Shown here: positions 10,354 to 20,337 of the stretch, piece by piece
How the letters are laid out: each line of letters starts with the position of its first letter
Position numbering within the stretch: position 1 is the stretch's first letter
Origin: a virus
Length of the DNA stretch: 64,000 bases
Reading direction: 5' to 3' (one strand)
IMG/VR virus record: IMGVR_UViG_3300042514_001858
Coordinates: 90,168 to 154,167 of that record
Position numbers and translations under genes: made by a program
Notes under the pieces: model-generated
What the model was told of the DNA's origin: nothing
The model's input: only the letters and a program-made list of their open reading frames with translations
The model's database searches: none

Positions 10354-10900
10354 GTTATCACAAAGAGAATTATTGGAAGAGGGACTTTGGGACAAGTTTA
10401 AGGATTCCAAAGTTGGTAGAGGGCTTCGAAAAGTTGGTCAATTCGGGGCAGAAATTGCTAAAGTAGTTGCTCCAAATACTAGTTCTCAAGTTGGTTCTAT
10501 TGTTCAAAAATACAGAGACGCAAAACAAAATATTTCACAAGCTGGTAGAAAAATGGAAGATAGGGTTATCGAATTTTTAGATGGTTACAGTCTTATGCCT
10601 GATGATTCAGAAGTTAAAATGCTCAAAAGTTTTCCAAATGGTGATTCGCAGTGGAGAGTCAAAGTTGGAAAAAAAGACGTTGATCCAAATACAGGTGAAA
10701 GTAAAGTTGTTCAAAGATATAATTTTCCTATTGCTATAATCCTCCATGATAAAAAAAGCAATTCGTTTAAATTCCTAACAGAACCAGCACAAAGAAGAAC
10801 GGGTGCTGTTAATAATACTACGCCTCCACCATCTACTACGCCTCCACCATCTACTACGCCTCCACCATCTACTACGCCTCCACCAACTACTCGACCATAA
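10346..10900 (+). CDS. Hypothetical protein with a Thr/Pro-rich tail
   Basis: Leader ELLEEGLWDKF; C-terminal (TTPPPS)n. Confidence 0.75.
   Translation: MYKLSQRELLEEGLWDKFKDSKVGRGLRKVGQFGAEIAKVVAPNTSSQVGSIVQKYRDAKQNISQAGRKMEDRVIEFLDGYSLMPDDSEVKMLKSFPNGDSQWRVKVGKKDVDPNTGESKVVQRYNFPIAIILHDKKSNSFKFLTEPAQRRTGAVNNTTPPPSTTPPPSTTPPPSTTPPPTTRP
10816..10885 (+). repeat. 18-bp tandem repeat, ~3.9 copies
   Basis: TACTACGCCTCCACCATC at 10816, 10834 and 10852, partial at 10870. Confidence 0.95.
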
Positions 10901-10936
10901 GGTATTGACATCCACAAATTATTCATAAATATCACT

Positions 10937-11116
10937 ATGAACGTAGAAATCGTAGTAAAAGAGGATGAGAATTTTAAAATTGTAGACGGTGTAGAAGAAG
11001 CACCGAAAGCTGTTGAGCAACCAATCAAAGTAGAAACACCACAAAAACCACAACCAACCTTGGAAAATCCAAAAGGTCATTCATGGTTTGATGGCACTTC
11101 TTGGGGGACAAAGTGA
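10937..11116 (+). CDS. 59-aa late protein (not in the ORF track)
   Basis: TAAATA 10926-10931, 5 nt before ATG; MNVEIVVKEDENFK...HSWFDGTSWGTK*. Confidence 0.7.
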   Translation: MNVEIVVKEDENFKIVDGVEEAPKAVEQPIKVETPQKPQPTLENPKGHSWFDGTSWGTK

Positions 11117-11145
11117 TTGGTATTTATTGCTAAAATAAATGCGCA

Positions 11146-11886
11146 CTACACCTTGAGTACTTGCGTGATATGCTTCAATATCTGCGATCTCACAATATCA
11201 CTTATGTCAAATTTGACACATTGAATATCGTTTTTTACTGAGAAATCAGTATCAAATGCATCATACACGAAAGTGAACCCCGAATCATTGATATCTGCTT
11301 GAGCAGCATCCCCCAATACAAAGTATCGAGAATGTCTACCAAATCGTGTTAGGATAGTTGTTATCTCTCCCTTCGTCATATTTTGAGCTTCATCGATTAT
11401 CACAGCACAGCGATGGAAGGTAAGACCTCTTACAAAATTTACTGGTATTGCTTTAATATATTCGTTTTCCATCAAGTGAGTAATATCTGTTTTAGATAAA
11501 ATTTCATTTAATTTATCCAACATTGGCATAATATAAGGTAAGAATTTTTCATTCTCATCACCTTTAAGGAATCCAATTGAACGTGAAGAACTTTCCACCA
11601 CAGAACGAATGTAGATGATCTTATCAACATGCCCATTCTTCAAAAGCTCAAGGGCTGAAAATACAGCCAAATGCGTTTTTGCGCTTCCTGCTGGTCCGTT
11701 GACAAATACCATATTATTCTTCGGATGTTGCGACATATAATAAAATTTCTGTTGGTTATCAGTCATTGGATAATTATTTTTCAAATATAAATTTGATAAA
11801 TCAAACCCCTTTTTGATGTGTTCGGTATATTCCTCCGTCACATCCCGCTCTTTCCTCTTACGAGGAGGTGTCTTTTTTACTGACAT
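11146..11886 (-). CDS. phoH: PhoH-like ATPase
   Basis: GPAGSAKT, IGFLKGD, RGLTF, IIDEAQN, GDAAQAD, IVRS. Confidence 0.93.
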   Translation of the reverse strand: MSVKKTPPRKRKERDVTEEYTEHIKKGFDLSNLYLKNNYPMTDNQQKFYYMSQHPKNNMVFVNGPAGSAKTHLAVFSALELLKNGHVDKIIYIRSVVESSSRSIGFLKGDENEKFLPYIMPMLDKLNEILSKTDITHLMENEYIKAIPVNFVRGLTFHRCAVIIDEAQNMTKGEITTILTRFGRHSRYFVLGDAAQADINDSGFTFVYDAFDTDFSVKNDIQCVKFDISDIVRSQILKHITQVLKV

Positions 11887-11913
11887 ATGTATTATTATTT
11901 AACAGAAAATCAC

Positions 11914-11941
11914 TTGATTTTTGAGAATATGGTGGTAAATT
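11914..11941 (+). promoter_or_regulatory. Sigma70-type promoter heading the kinase/glycosyltransferase operon
   Basis: TTGATT-N13-TGG-TAAATT, 7 nt before ATG 11949. Confidence 0.6.
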
Positions 11942-11948
11942 AATTAAT

Positions 11949-12686
11949 ATGAAAATTGCATTCGCAGGGGCGCACAATACTGGAAAATCGACACTTATTA
12001 AGTCATTTTTACAAAAATGGCAAATGTATAAAACACCGTCGAAAACATACAGAGATATTATCAAAGAAAAAGATTTGAAACATTCTTCCAATACCACAGC
12101 CGAAACACAATTGCTTATTTTGGATTGGATGACAGAGACTTTAGAAGTTAATAAGGATGAGAAATATGTCGTCTATGATCGTTGTACTTTGGATAATTTG
12201 GCATATACTCTTCATGCTGCTGAGAAAGATTTGATATCGGAGGATGTTCTCGGAATTACTGTAGATATTGTTCGACGTTCTCTGAAAAATCTAGATATTA
12301 TTTTTTGGATTAAATACGATCCCACTATCAAAGTTGTAGCAGACGGATTACGGGATACTAATTTGAATTATATTCAAGAGATTGATGATATCTTTGCTGG
12401 TCTTTATGAACAATATTCAGATCAGCTTGAGAACACACCATTCTTCATTGCTGATGATATGCCAGCAATTATTCCCATTGAAAATATCCCGAATCTTGAT
12501 GATCGAATTGCTTGGATAGGAGAATTTATTGATCAAAAAGGCGAATTAATTGAAACACAGGACAGTATCCTCGATCCTAAAAATCTGGAGATGATGGAAC
12601 AAATGCTAAAAGATCAGAGTCAATGGACGGAAAAAGATAATGAATTCAAGAATATCACAAATCAAATTAAGAATTTTAAAATATGA
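11949..12686 (+). CDS. P-loop nucleoside/nucleotide kinase (AAA_28/dNMP-kinase-like)
   Basis: GAHNTGKST, YDRCTLDNLAY. Confidence 0.75.
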   Translation: MKIAFAGAHNTGKSTLIKSFLQKWQMYKTPSKTYRDIIKEKDLKHSSNTTAETQLLILDWMTETLEVNKDEKYVVYDRCTLDNLAYTLHAAEKDLISEDVLGITVDIVRRSLKNLDIIFWIKYDPTIKVVADGLRDTNLNYIQEIDDIFAGLYEQYSDQLENTPFFIADDMPAIIPIENIPNLDDRIAWIGEFIDQKGELIETQDSILDPKNLEMMEQMLKDQSQWTEKDNEFKNITNQIKNFKI

Positions 12687-13531
12687 GTGAAAAAATCGGA
12701 GTTGGTATTATCACATGTGGAAGAAAATCCATGTTTGAGAAGCTTTTCAATTCTCTTTTGGATTGTGGTGAACAAATTGATTATTTATATGTGGTTGAGG
12801 ATACTAAAACCAATCGCAGTTATGATGATAATTACGCTGTCGATATTGCAAGATCTTGGAAGGGTGAACACATCACAGTGTTCACCCCAACTGCAAATTT
12901 AGGTGTCGCCAAAGCTAAGAATAGCGCATTGGCGCATCTTCTTGATGCAGGATGTGATCATATCTTTCTGATTGAAGATGATATGTTTATTAAAAATCCA
13001 AACATCTTCCAAGCATATATCGACGCTTCTAAGAAAAGTGGTATTCAACATTTGATGTTTGGTTATCATGGACCAGCTAATAAAAATGGAATCTCTCGTG
13101 GTAAACCATATCCTCGATTGGTTGTTGATTATGGGGATTTCTCTCTCGCATTTAATCAGCATTGCGTTGGGGCATTTTGTTATTATTCCAGTAAGTGTCT
13201 AGAAGATGTCGGTCTAATCGATGAAAAATTTCGTAATGCTTTTGATCATGTTTCCCATAGTTATGAACTCGCTTTAAAGGGTTATTCCACTCCTTATTGG
13301 TGGTGGGCTGATCTGGCAAATTCTTTGGATTATATTGAAGAACAAGCGTGTTCAGAGGAAAATTCGTCCATCAAGACACCTGAATCCATGCAGAAATGGA
13401 GTGATAATATTCGAAGTTCCATGGAGTATTTCAAAGAGAAATTTGGCGTATTCCCGTTTGGGAATGATGGTGTCCTAGATACGAGAGAACAGGAAGTATT
13501 GACATTTTTGAAAAATACTATAAATCATTGA
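12683..13531 (+). CDS. Glycosyltransferase, GT2-like
   Basis: IGVGIITCGR, NLGVAKAKN, FLIEDD, VGLIDEKF. Confidence 0.85.
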   Translation: MSEKIGVGIITCGRKSMFEKLFNSLLDCGEQIDYLYVVEDTKTNRSYDDNYAVDIARSWKGEHITVFTPTANLGVAKAKNSALAHLLDAGCDHIFLIEDDMFIKNPNIFQAYIDASKKSGIQHLMFGYHGPANKNGISRGKPYPRLVVDYGDFSLAFNQHCVGAFCYYSSKCLEDVGLIDEKFRNAFDHVSHSYELALKGYSTPYWWWADLANSLDYIEEQACSEENSSIKTPESMQKWSDNIRSSMEYFKEKFGVFPFGNDGVLDTREQEVLTFLKNTINH

Positions 13532-13532
13532 A

Positions 13533-14342
13533 ATGAAATCCGACTTGAATAATATTGGCTTGATGATTCATTTCCGTAGGGACGTGGATGATCGATTTCG
13601 CAATCTAGAAATGGTTGTAAAATTCTATCGTGAAAATTCTGAAAATCTCCAAATCGCCATTCTGAATGATGATAAGGAATTGGATGGGGACTTCAAAAGA
13701 CTCTGTAAGCAATACGATTGTAAAGGTCTTTTTATGGTAAATCATGATGTTTATTGGAGAACCAAGGCATTCAATGAAATGTCTAAGATTCTGGAAGTTG
13801 ATTATCTGATTGCGGGAGATACTGATGTGATCGTTGATCCAAAATATATTCTGGAAGCGAAGCAATTGTTCGATGATAATGTGGGGATCGTGTATCCTTA
13901 CGATGGAATGTTCATTCATTTGAAGCAACCAATGTTTGAAAAATTCATCGCAGATCAATCCTTAGTTGATCTATTGGATAAATCTAAAGCACTTAAACCA
14001 ATCCCATACGATCAGGATGAGAATTTTCTCGTTGCACATCCCCAAAGCAAGGGAGGAATGGTTATGTTTAGTAAAAAAGCTTTTACCGAATGTAATGGGT
14101 ATAATCCAAATTTTAGAGGATGGGGTTATGAAGATGATGAGATCTTAGCTAGATTTCAAAAAATGGGATGGGGGATTTTGAGAGTTGGTAATAAAGAGGC
14201 AATAGCGTGGCATCTACCTCATGAAAATACAGTGAGAGAAAAACACCAATACTATGATAATAATCGGAAACACTCCGATTTCGTTTGTGGTAATACTAAG
14301 TGGGAAGATTTGGAAAAATATATTTGGAGTTGGACACTGTGA
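13533..14342 (+). CDS. Glycosyltransferase, GT-A fold with a GT7-type C-terminal motif
   Basis: GDTDV (DxD), NGYNPNFRGWGYEDDE. Confidence 0.85.
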   Translation: MKSDLNNIGLMIHFRRDVDDRFRNLEMVVKFYRENSENLQIAILNDDKELDGDFKRLCKQYDCKGLFMVNHDVYWRTKAFNEMSKILEVDYLIAGDTDVIVDPKYILEAKQLFDDNVGIVYPYDGMFIHLKQPMFEKFIADQSLVDLLDKSKALKPIPYDQDENFLVAHPQSKGGMVMFSKKAFTECNGYNPNFRGWGYEDDEILARFQKMGWGILRVGNKEAIAWHLPHENTVREKHQYYDNNRKHSDFVCGNTKWEDLEKYIWSWTL

Positions 14343-15037
14343 AACCTAGATTTTCCATATGTGTTCCCGTTTGGGAGCAGCACGGATTTGGTCTTCAGTA
14401 TTTGAAAGATCTGATCCATTCAATCCAAATCCAAACATTTCAGGATTGGGAGATTGTGATTTCTGATCATAGTAAAAATTTTGATATTTTTGATTTTTGT
14501 TTAGCGGAATCGGAGAAAGATTATATATTACGATATTTCAAATACGAGGAAAATTATGGTAATGGTGTTGCCAATCTCAACAATGCTCTGAAAAGAGCGG
14601 AAGGAGAAATCATCAAGATCATGTTTCAAGATGACTTCATGTTTGATCGTAGATGTTTGGAGAAATTCGATAAAGCATTCCAATGTGAAAATAATAAATG
14701 GGCTGTTTGTGGGTGTAATCATACGAGAGATGGTGTGAATTTTGATAGATTCATGGTTCCGTCTTGGAATGATAGATTGTTGGAAGGTGTGAATACAATT
14801 AGTTCTCCGTCCGTGCTATCTTTTAGAAATGAAAATATTGAATTGTTTGATGAGAACTTGACAATGCTCATGGATGTGGCATACTATTATCGAATGAATA
14901 AGCACCACGGATTACCCACGGTGATTGAAGACTGCTTGGTTACTAATCGGTGTCATGAGAATCAGATCAGTAGCAGGTATTCAGGAAATTTAGAAGACGA
15001 GATAAAATATTGTAAAGAAAAATATGATAGTAACTGA
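14339..15037 (+). CDS. Glycosyltransferase, GT2
   Basis: FSICVPVW, EIVISDHS, NLNNALK, MFQDD; GTG 14339 overlaps the upstream TGA. Confidence 0.85.
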   Translation: MKPRFSICVPVWEQHGFGLQYLKDLIHSIQIQTFQDWEIVISDHSKNFDIFDFCLAESEKDYILRYFKYEENYGNGVANLNNALKRAEGEIIKIMFQDDFMFDRRCLEKFDKAFQCENNKWAVCGCNHTRDGVNFDRFMVPSWNDRLLEGVNTISSPSVLSFRNENIELFDENLTMLMDVAYYYRMNKHHGLPTVIEDCLVTNRCHENQISSRYSGNLEDEIKYCKEKYDSN

Positions 15038-15920
15038 AATATACAATGGACAGGGATTAGGTAATCAACTTGCTTGTTACGTGACAACAAGAGTCGTTGC
15101 CAAAGATAAGGGATTTGATTTTGGGATTATGAATCCCCATAAATTTAAATGTTTGGATTTTATGGATTTAGATTTTGGATTACCCGTGATAGGTGGATAT
15201 TCAGAAAAAGAAGGCGATATACCCATTACTTTACCAGATGGTATTCAACATTCTTTCAAAGAAAGATGGTTGTATCTCTCAAATGGTTCCAATGTAACTA
15301 TCGATGATCCTAATTTAGAATTGATTCAAGATAACACACAAATTATCGGAATTTTTCAATCGGAAGATCGTATCATCCACCGCAAAGATGAAATTAGGCA
15401 GTGGTTGAAAATTAAACCAGAAAAGGATTGTTATGATTATTCTGATCCAAATATCTGCATCATTAATTATCGTGGCGGGGAATATGCAAGTGTTGCCGAT
15501 TTTCATTTGAATGGAAAGTATTGGGATGATGCGATTACCAGAATGAGACAAATTAACCCAAATTTTAGATTCGTTGTTATCACTGATGATGTAGAAAGAG
15601 CAAGCAGACAATTCCCTGATTTTGAAGTGAAACATTATGATATTGGAACAGATTTCACTATTATCAAGAATGCTCATTATTTGATTTTATCAAATTCCAG
15701 CTTCCCGTATTTTGCCACTTTACTAAGTGATACTGTAAAGTATATATTAGCTCCTAAATATTGGGGTCGCTATAATATATCAGATGGTTATTGGGCATGT
15801 GGCTACAACATTTTCAGGGATCATGTCTATATTGATAGGGAAGGAACATTGTTTGGATATGATGAATGTGTGGCAGAATTTGAAGAGTATAAGAAACGCG
15901 ACCCCAATTTTTGGAAATGA
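15024..15920 (+). CDS. GT11-like (alpha-1,2-fucosyltransferase family) glycosyltransferase
   Basis: GQGLGNQL, GIFQSE, NYRGGEY, LSNSSF. Confidence 0.8.
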   Translation: MIVTEIYNGQGLGNQLACYVTTRVVAKDKGFDFGIMNPHKFKCLDFMDLDFGLPVIGGYSEKEGDIPITLPDGIQHSFKERWLYLSNGSNVTIDDPNLELIQDNTQIIGIFQSEDRIIHRKDEIRQWLKIKPEKDCYDYSDPNICIINYRGGEYASVADFHLNGKYWDDAITRMRQINPNFRFVVITDDVERASRQFPDFEVKHYDIGTDFTIIKNAHYLILSNSSFPYFATLLSDTVKYILAPKYWGRYNISDGYWACGYNIFRDHVYIDREGTLFGYDECVAEFEEYKKRDPNFWK

Positions 15921-16708
15921 TCTACGACATTTTTAGCTTTAATAACGAACTTGACATGTTGGAATTGAGATTGAATATTCTCGATCCCTACGTGGATAAA
16001 TTTGTATTGGTAGAAGCGGATAAGACTTTCAGTGGTGTTGATAAGCCTTTGTATTACGAAGAGAATAAGGAACGCTTTGAGAAATTCCATGACAAGATTA
16101 TTCATTACAAGGTTCTAGATTCTCCAACATCGTTTGATGATCCAAATTGCGATCAGGAAATCTTACAGATGGCACTCAACAGTGATATGGTAACACGAGA
16201 ACATATATGCTGGGTCGTTGAATTTTATCAGAAAGAATCTATTAAAAAAGCTTTAATTAATTTGGAAGATGACGATATTTGCATAATTTCTGATGTTGAT
16301 GAAATATGGAATTATGATATATCATTATCTCCAAATGGGGAAGAAATTTTGAAACCATTAATTAATAATTGCTATATAGAATATCTTAACGTTAAAACAA
16401 ATGAAAATTGGACATATTTTACTGGTCCTATAATCACTAGATATGAAAATATTAAAAATATTAATCCAATGTGTCATTTAAGAGTATTGAAAAAATTTCA
16501 ACATCTCTATAAGTTTATAGAGAATGGTGGATGGCATTTTAATGCTTTGGGTGGAATACAGAAAAAGATTGAAGATTTTAAGCATCCAGTATATCATAGT
16601 GGATACATGGAAATGAGAAAAAATGGATATAGAATAGACGAAGTAGGATTGCCTATATTCATTTTAGAAAATATGGATAAATTAAAAAATAAGAAATTAA
16701 TATTATAA
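15917..16708 (+). CDS. GT17-like beta-1,4-N-acetylglucosaminyltransferase
   Basis: YDIFSFNNELDMLELRL, VDKFVLVEA, TFSG..KPLYY, SDVDEI, GGWHF. Confidence 0.85.
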   Translation: MIYDIFSFNNELDMLELRLNILDPYVDKFVLVEADKTFSGVDKPLYYEENKERFEKFHDKIIHYKVLDSPTSFDDPNCDQEILQMALNSDMVTREHICWVVEFYQKESIKKALINLEDDDICIISDVDEIWNYDISLSPNGEEILKPLINNCYIEYLNVKTNENWTYFTGPIITRYENIKNINPMCHLRVLKKFQHLYKFIENGGWHFNALGGIQKKIEDFKHPVYHSGYMEMRKNGYRIDEVGLPIFILENMDKLKNKKLIL

Positions 16709-16709
16709 T

Positions 16710-17336
16710 ATGAATATAGAAAATAATGGAGAAAGAATGGATATTGATTATTTCAATATGGAGTATGAAAATTTTGACATTTATCAGAAAAGTCATTATA
16801 AAAGATATGAATTTGCTAAAACTTTAATGAACGAAGGTGATATTGTCGGAGATATGGCATGTGGTTCTGGGTATGGTAGTATGATGCTTTTAGAAAAAAG
16901 TAAAGAAGTTTATTCTGTCGATATTGATCCAATCACTATCAATGAAGTTGCTAATAGATACGAAAATGAAAATATCCATTTTGTTGTTGGAGATTTAATA
17001 GACCTAAAAGTTGAAAATAAATTTGATAAGATTGTCTCATTTGAAACACTGGAGCATTTTACTCCAGATGATTTGAAAAAAGTCATAACAAATTTTCACA
17101 AAGCCTTGAAAAAAGATGGTAAATTAATTTTTTCCACTCCTTATAATCAAGAACAATCAGAAGCATCGATGAGATTTCATAAGACATTCTACATAACAGA
17201 GAATACCATTAATCAATTTTTCAAAAATTTATTCGAGATTGATATAATCAAATATCAAGATTATCAAACACATACTGTAAAAGACGATGATGGGAATAAG
17301 AATTTTATTATAGGAGTTGTTAAAAAAATAAGTTAA
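16710..17336 (+). CDS. Class I SAM-dependent methyltransferase
   Basis: HYKRYEFA, DMACGSGYG, SFETLEH, LIFSTP. Confidence 0.88.
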   Translation: MNIENNGERMDIDYFNMEYENFDIYQKSHYKRYEFAKTLMNEGDIVGDMACGSGYGSMMLLEKSKEVYSVDIDPITINEVANRYENENIHFVVGDLIDLKVENKFDKIVSFETLEHFTPDDLKKVITNFHKALKKDGKLIFSTPYNQEQSEASMRFHKTFYITENTINQFFKNLFEIDIIKYQDYQTHTVKDDDGNKNFIIGVVKKIS

Positions 17337-17340
17337 AAAT

Positions 17341-18075
17341 ATGAAAAAAATAAATAAAAATTTTGTAGTTGTCAGTGATTACAATTGGCTACCTGAAAAT
17401 CTTGAAGATTCTTGGGTTGATAAATGGTGTGAAAATTATCTAATTTATGATCGTTATCATCGATTTCCCGAATCTGAAAAAGTAAAGCATCAGAAAAATG
17501 TGGGGCAGAATGTTTATGATATATTCCATTTTATTTTAGAAAATTATGACAATCTTCCCGATTCCACATTGTTTTGTCGTGCGTGTCTAATGAATCAAAA
17601 GGATACTGGAACTCCACGATACGATGAAAATGGCAGGATCATCTCTAATGGAAATTGCACGGAAGAATTTTTTCTTGATATTGCTAACAACACTAGATTT
17701 ACAGAGATTCAAGATTTCACCAGTGAGCCTTGGAGGATAAATTATATCGAAAATGCTATTGGACCTGAAAATAGTTATCTTGAGCGCAATACTTCATGGT
17801 ATTTTGGAAAACATCAGGGAAAATATTATTCAAATATTAATGATTTTTTCAATGACATGTATGAAAATCCTGAGATTCCACCTTGGTTTAGATTTGCACC
17901 AGGTGTTAATTACATCATCCCAAAGGAGTATATTTTGAAATATTCGAGAAAATTTTATCAACGAATTCTTGATATTCTCGGATGGGATGTTATTGTTGGA
18001 GAAGCTCATATGATTGAGCGAGCATTGTGGACAATATTCCATAATGATTGGAAAGTTAAAGAAGAATATAGATAA
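17341..18075 (+). CDS. Hypothetical protein, DUF3431-like (glycan-cluster associated)
   Basis: NVGQNVYDIFHFILENYDNLPD, FAPGVNYII, AHMIERALWTIF. Confidence 0.55.
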   Translation: MKKINKNFVVVSDYNWLPENLEDSWVDKWCENYLIYDRYHRFPESEKVKHQKNVGQNVYDIFHFILENYDNLPDSTLFCRACLMNQKDTGTPRYDENGRIISNGNCTEEFFLDIANNTRFTEIQDFTSEPWRINYIENAIGPENSYLERNTSWYFGKHQGKYYSNINDFFNDMYENPEIPPWFRFAPGVNYIIPKEYILKYSRKFYQRILDILGWDVIVGEAHMIERALWTIFHNDWKVKEEYR

Positions 18076-18141
18076 TGCAACCATTTAAGAAACATCCCAC
18101 CCCCCGCCGAAACATTCAACCATACCGAATTTTTTGATCTG

Positions 18142-18624
18142 TTGTTCAAATGGATTCGTCCAGAACACTATCTTGAACTTGGTGTGAGGCATGGAGGCAA
18201 TTTTGTCACGCTTGCCAAACACTGCAAAAAAGCAGTCGGAGTGGATATGATTCCTGCTGAATTTGGTTTGGAGGGTAATATGGAATATCATCAAAAAACA
18301 ACTGATGATTATTTTGAATCATTAACTACTGAACAATTTGATGCCGTGTTTATTGACGCTGATCATTCTCATCAACAATCTTTGAAAGATTTTAACAATG
18401 TAAAAGATAGAGTGATCGAAGATGGATTTATTTTCTTCCATGATACCTATCCTTGGGATTGGTCTATGACTGACAGAGGACAATGCGAGGATGTTTATAA
18501 AACTGCGAAACATATTAAACAAAATTTAATAGATGATTTTGAAATCATAACTTTACCTTTCAATCCTGGAGTAACAATTTGTAAAAAGATTTCCAGAACG
18601 AAACAAATGATCTATGACTGGTGA
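18142..18624 (+). CDS. SAM-dependent methyltransferase (Methyltransf_24-like); 5' end appears frameshifted from ATG 18075
   Basis: YLELGVRHG, FIDADH, GFIFFHDT. Confidence 0.8.
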   Translation: MFKWIRPEHYLELGVRHGGNFVTLAKHCKKAVGVDMIPAEFGLEGNMEYHQKTTDDYFESLTTEQFDAVFIDADHSHQQSLKDFNNVKDRVIEDGFIFFHDTYPWDWSMTDRGQCEDVYKTAKHIKQNLIDDFEIITLPFNPGVTICKKISRTKQMIYDW

Positions 18625-19543
18625 AAAAATTTTCATAACGGGCGGTGCTGGATTTCTTGGTAGAAATCTAATTCGTCGCTTACATCAAGATAATGAAATC
18701 ACCGTGTATTCACGCGATGAGTCCAAACATTATTATCTAAAAAAAGAATACCCAAAAGTAAATTTTGTGGTTGGGGATATTCGCAATCGTGATCTATTGA
18801 TTAGAAAATCAAGGTATCATACGATTGGTATTTTTGCAGCATCTCTGAAACAGATTGAAGCCTGTAATGACAATTATGAAGAAGCTTCAAAAATCATTAT
18901 CGATGGTGCAATCAATTCCAGAATTGCAGCAGAGGAAAATAATTTCAAAGCTGCTTGCTTCATCTCATCTGATAAAAGCAGAGCAGCAACTACAATTTAT
19001 GGTGCAATGAAATATGTAGCTGGTGAGTGTTTCATTGCAGGTAAATCAAATTGTAACCTAACTACTGCCGTATATGGAAACGTAATGAATTCCACAGGAT
19101 CGATTATTCCTTTGATATGGGAATATATCAAAAACGGTAAAACACTTTCTCTCTATGGAGAAGAAATGACAAGATTTTTATTGGATGTTGAAGATGCTGT
19201 AGATTTGATTTTGAAATCTTTAAAGTATAAAGGATGTAATGTTATCCCAGATTTAAAATCGTTTTTTGTAGTCGATCTTTTCAATATTTATAAAGAAAAA
19301 TTTGGATTAAAATATGAAATTTCTGAACCTAGAACTGGTGAAAAAATTCATGAAATCATGGCTTCTTCTGAAGAAATTAGACGAATGAGTTATGAATATG
19401 CTGATGATATTTATTTGATGTATCCACATAAAGATTTAAATATGGTAGAATTTTCAAAAAATGAATATTCTTCGAGAGATAGTTCACTTGAATATATAGA
19501 ACTTGAAAAATATTTAAAATCTAAAAATTATTTTAAACCATGA
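18614..19543 (+). CDS. UDP-GlcNAc 4,6-dehydratase (CapD/PseB/FnlA family)
   Basis: ITGGAGFLG, YSRDESK, GDIRN, SSDK, YGAMK, YGNVMNSTGS, MTRF, GEKIHE. Confidence 0.88.
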   Translation: MTGEKIFITGGAGFLGRNLIRRLHQDNEITVYSRDESKHYYLKKEYPKVNFVVGDIRNRDLLIRKSRYHTIGIFAASLKQIEACNDNYEEASKIIIDGAINSRIAAEENNFKAACFISSDKSRAATTIYGAMKYVAGECFIAGKSNCNLTTAVYGNVMNSTGSIIPLIWEYIKNGKTLSLYGEEMTRFLLDVEDAVDLILKSLKYKGCNVIPDLKSFFVVDLFNIYKEKFGLKYEISEPRTGEKIHEIMASSEEIRRMSYEYADDIYLMYPHKDLNMVEFSKNEYSSRDSSLEYIELEKYLKSKNYFKP

Positions 19544-20337
19544 AAATTATAGTATTTGGAAGCACTGGAATGTTGGGAACTTATTGTGTCAAGTTTTTCA
19601 AACAAAAAGGTTATACGGTATTACCAGTAGATAGAGAAATGTTAGATTTGACATCATCTCATGAAAATATATTAAATTTTTTGATATCGAATGTTTCTAG
19701 TGTGGATGTTATAATTAATGCTGCTGGTGTTATTAAACAACGAAACACTGATATAGGTGATATGTATAAAGTTAATACTATATTTCCTCACATTTTATCT
19801 AAATTTAAAATGGAAAATGGGTGTAATGTTATCCATATAACGACTGATTGCGTGTTTAGTGGTAAAGATGGGTATTATAATGAATCATCTTTACCTGATT
19901 GTGAAGATGATTACGGTAAATCTAAATTATTAGGCGAAGCACCTAATTTATCAATCATTAGGACTTCTATTATTGGTGAAGAAATTAATAATAAATTATC
20001 ATTACTTGAGTGGTGTAAGTCTAAACGCGAACAAACTGTCTATGGATATGTCGATCATTATTGGAACGGTGTAACATGTTTAGAATTGTGTAAAAGAATA
20101 AATCAATTATTGGAATATAAATCGTTTTGGGAGGGTGTTAGTATTTTACATTCACCAGAGATCGTATCGAAGTATAATTTAATCAATATGATTTCCGATG
20201 TATTTGATTTACAAATATCAATAACTCCAAAAATCGGTGGTAAATGTTATAGAAATTTACAAAATGTGCGATGCATACCGACAGCATCATTGAAACAACA
20301 ATTAGAAGAATTGAAAGAATTTAATATATATGAATAG
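19540..20337 (+). CDS. RmlD-like NDP-4-keto-6-deoxysugar reductase
   Basis: GSTGMLG, INAAG, HITTDCVFSG, YGKSKLLGE, RTSIIG. Confidence 0.88.
   Translation: MKIIVFGSTGMLGTYCVKFFKQKGYTVLPVDREMLDLTSSHENILNFLISNVSSVDVIINAAGVIKQRNTDIGDMYKVNTIFPHILSKFKMENGCNVIHITTDCVFSGKDGYYNESSLPDCEDDYGKSKLLGEAPNLSIIRTSIIGEEINNKLSLLEWCKSKREQTVYGYVDHYWNGVTCLELCKRINQLLEYKSFWEGVSILHSPEIVSKYNLINMISDVFDLQISITPKIGGKCYRNLQNVRCIPTASLKQQLEELKEFNIYE

Noticed and set aside
10816-10885. CRISPR-like array
   Set aside because: The units are contiguous, have no spacers and lie inside a CDS.
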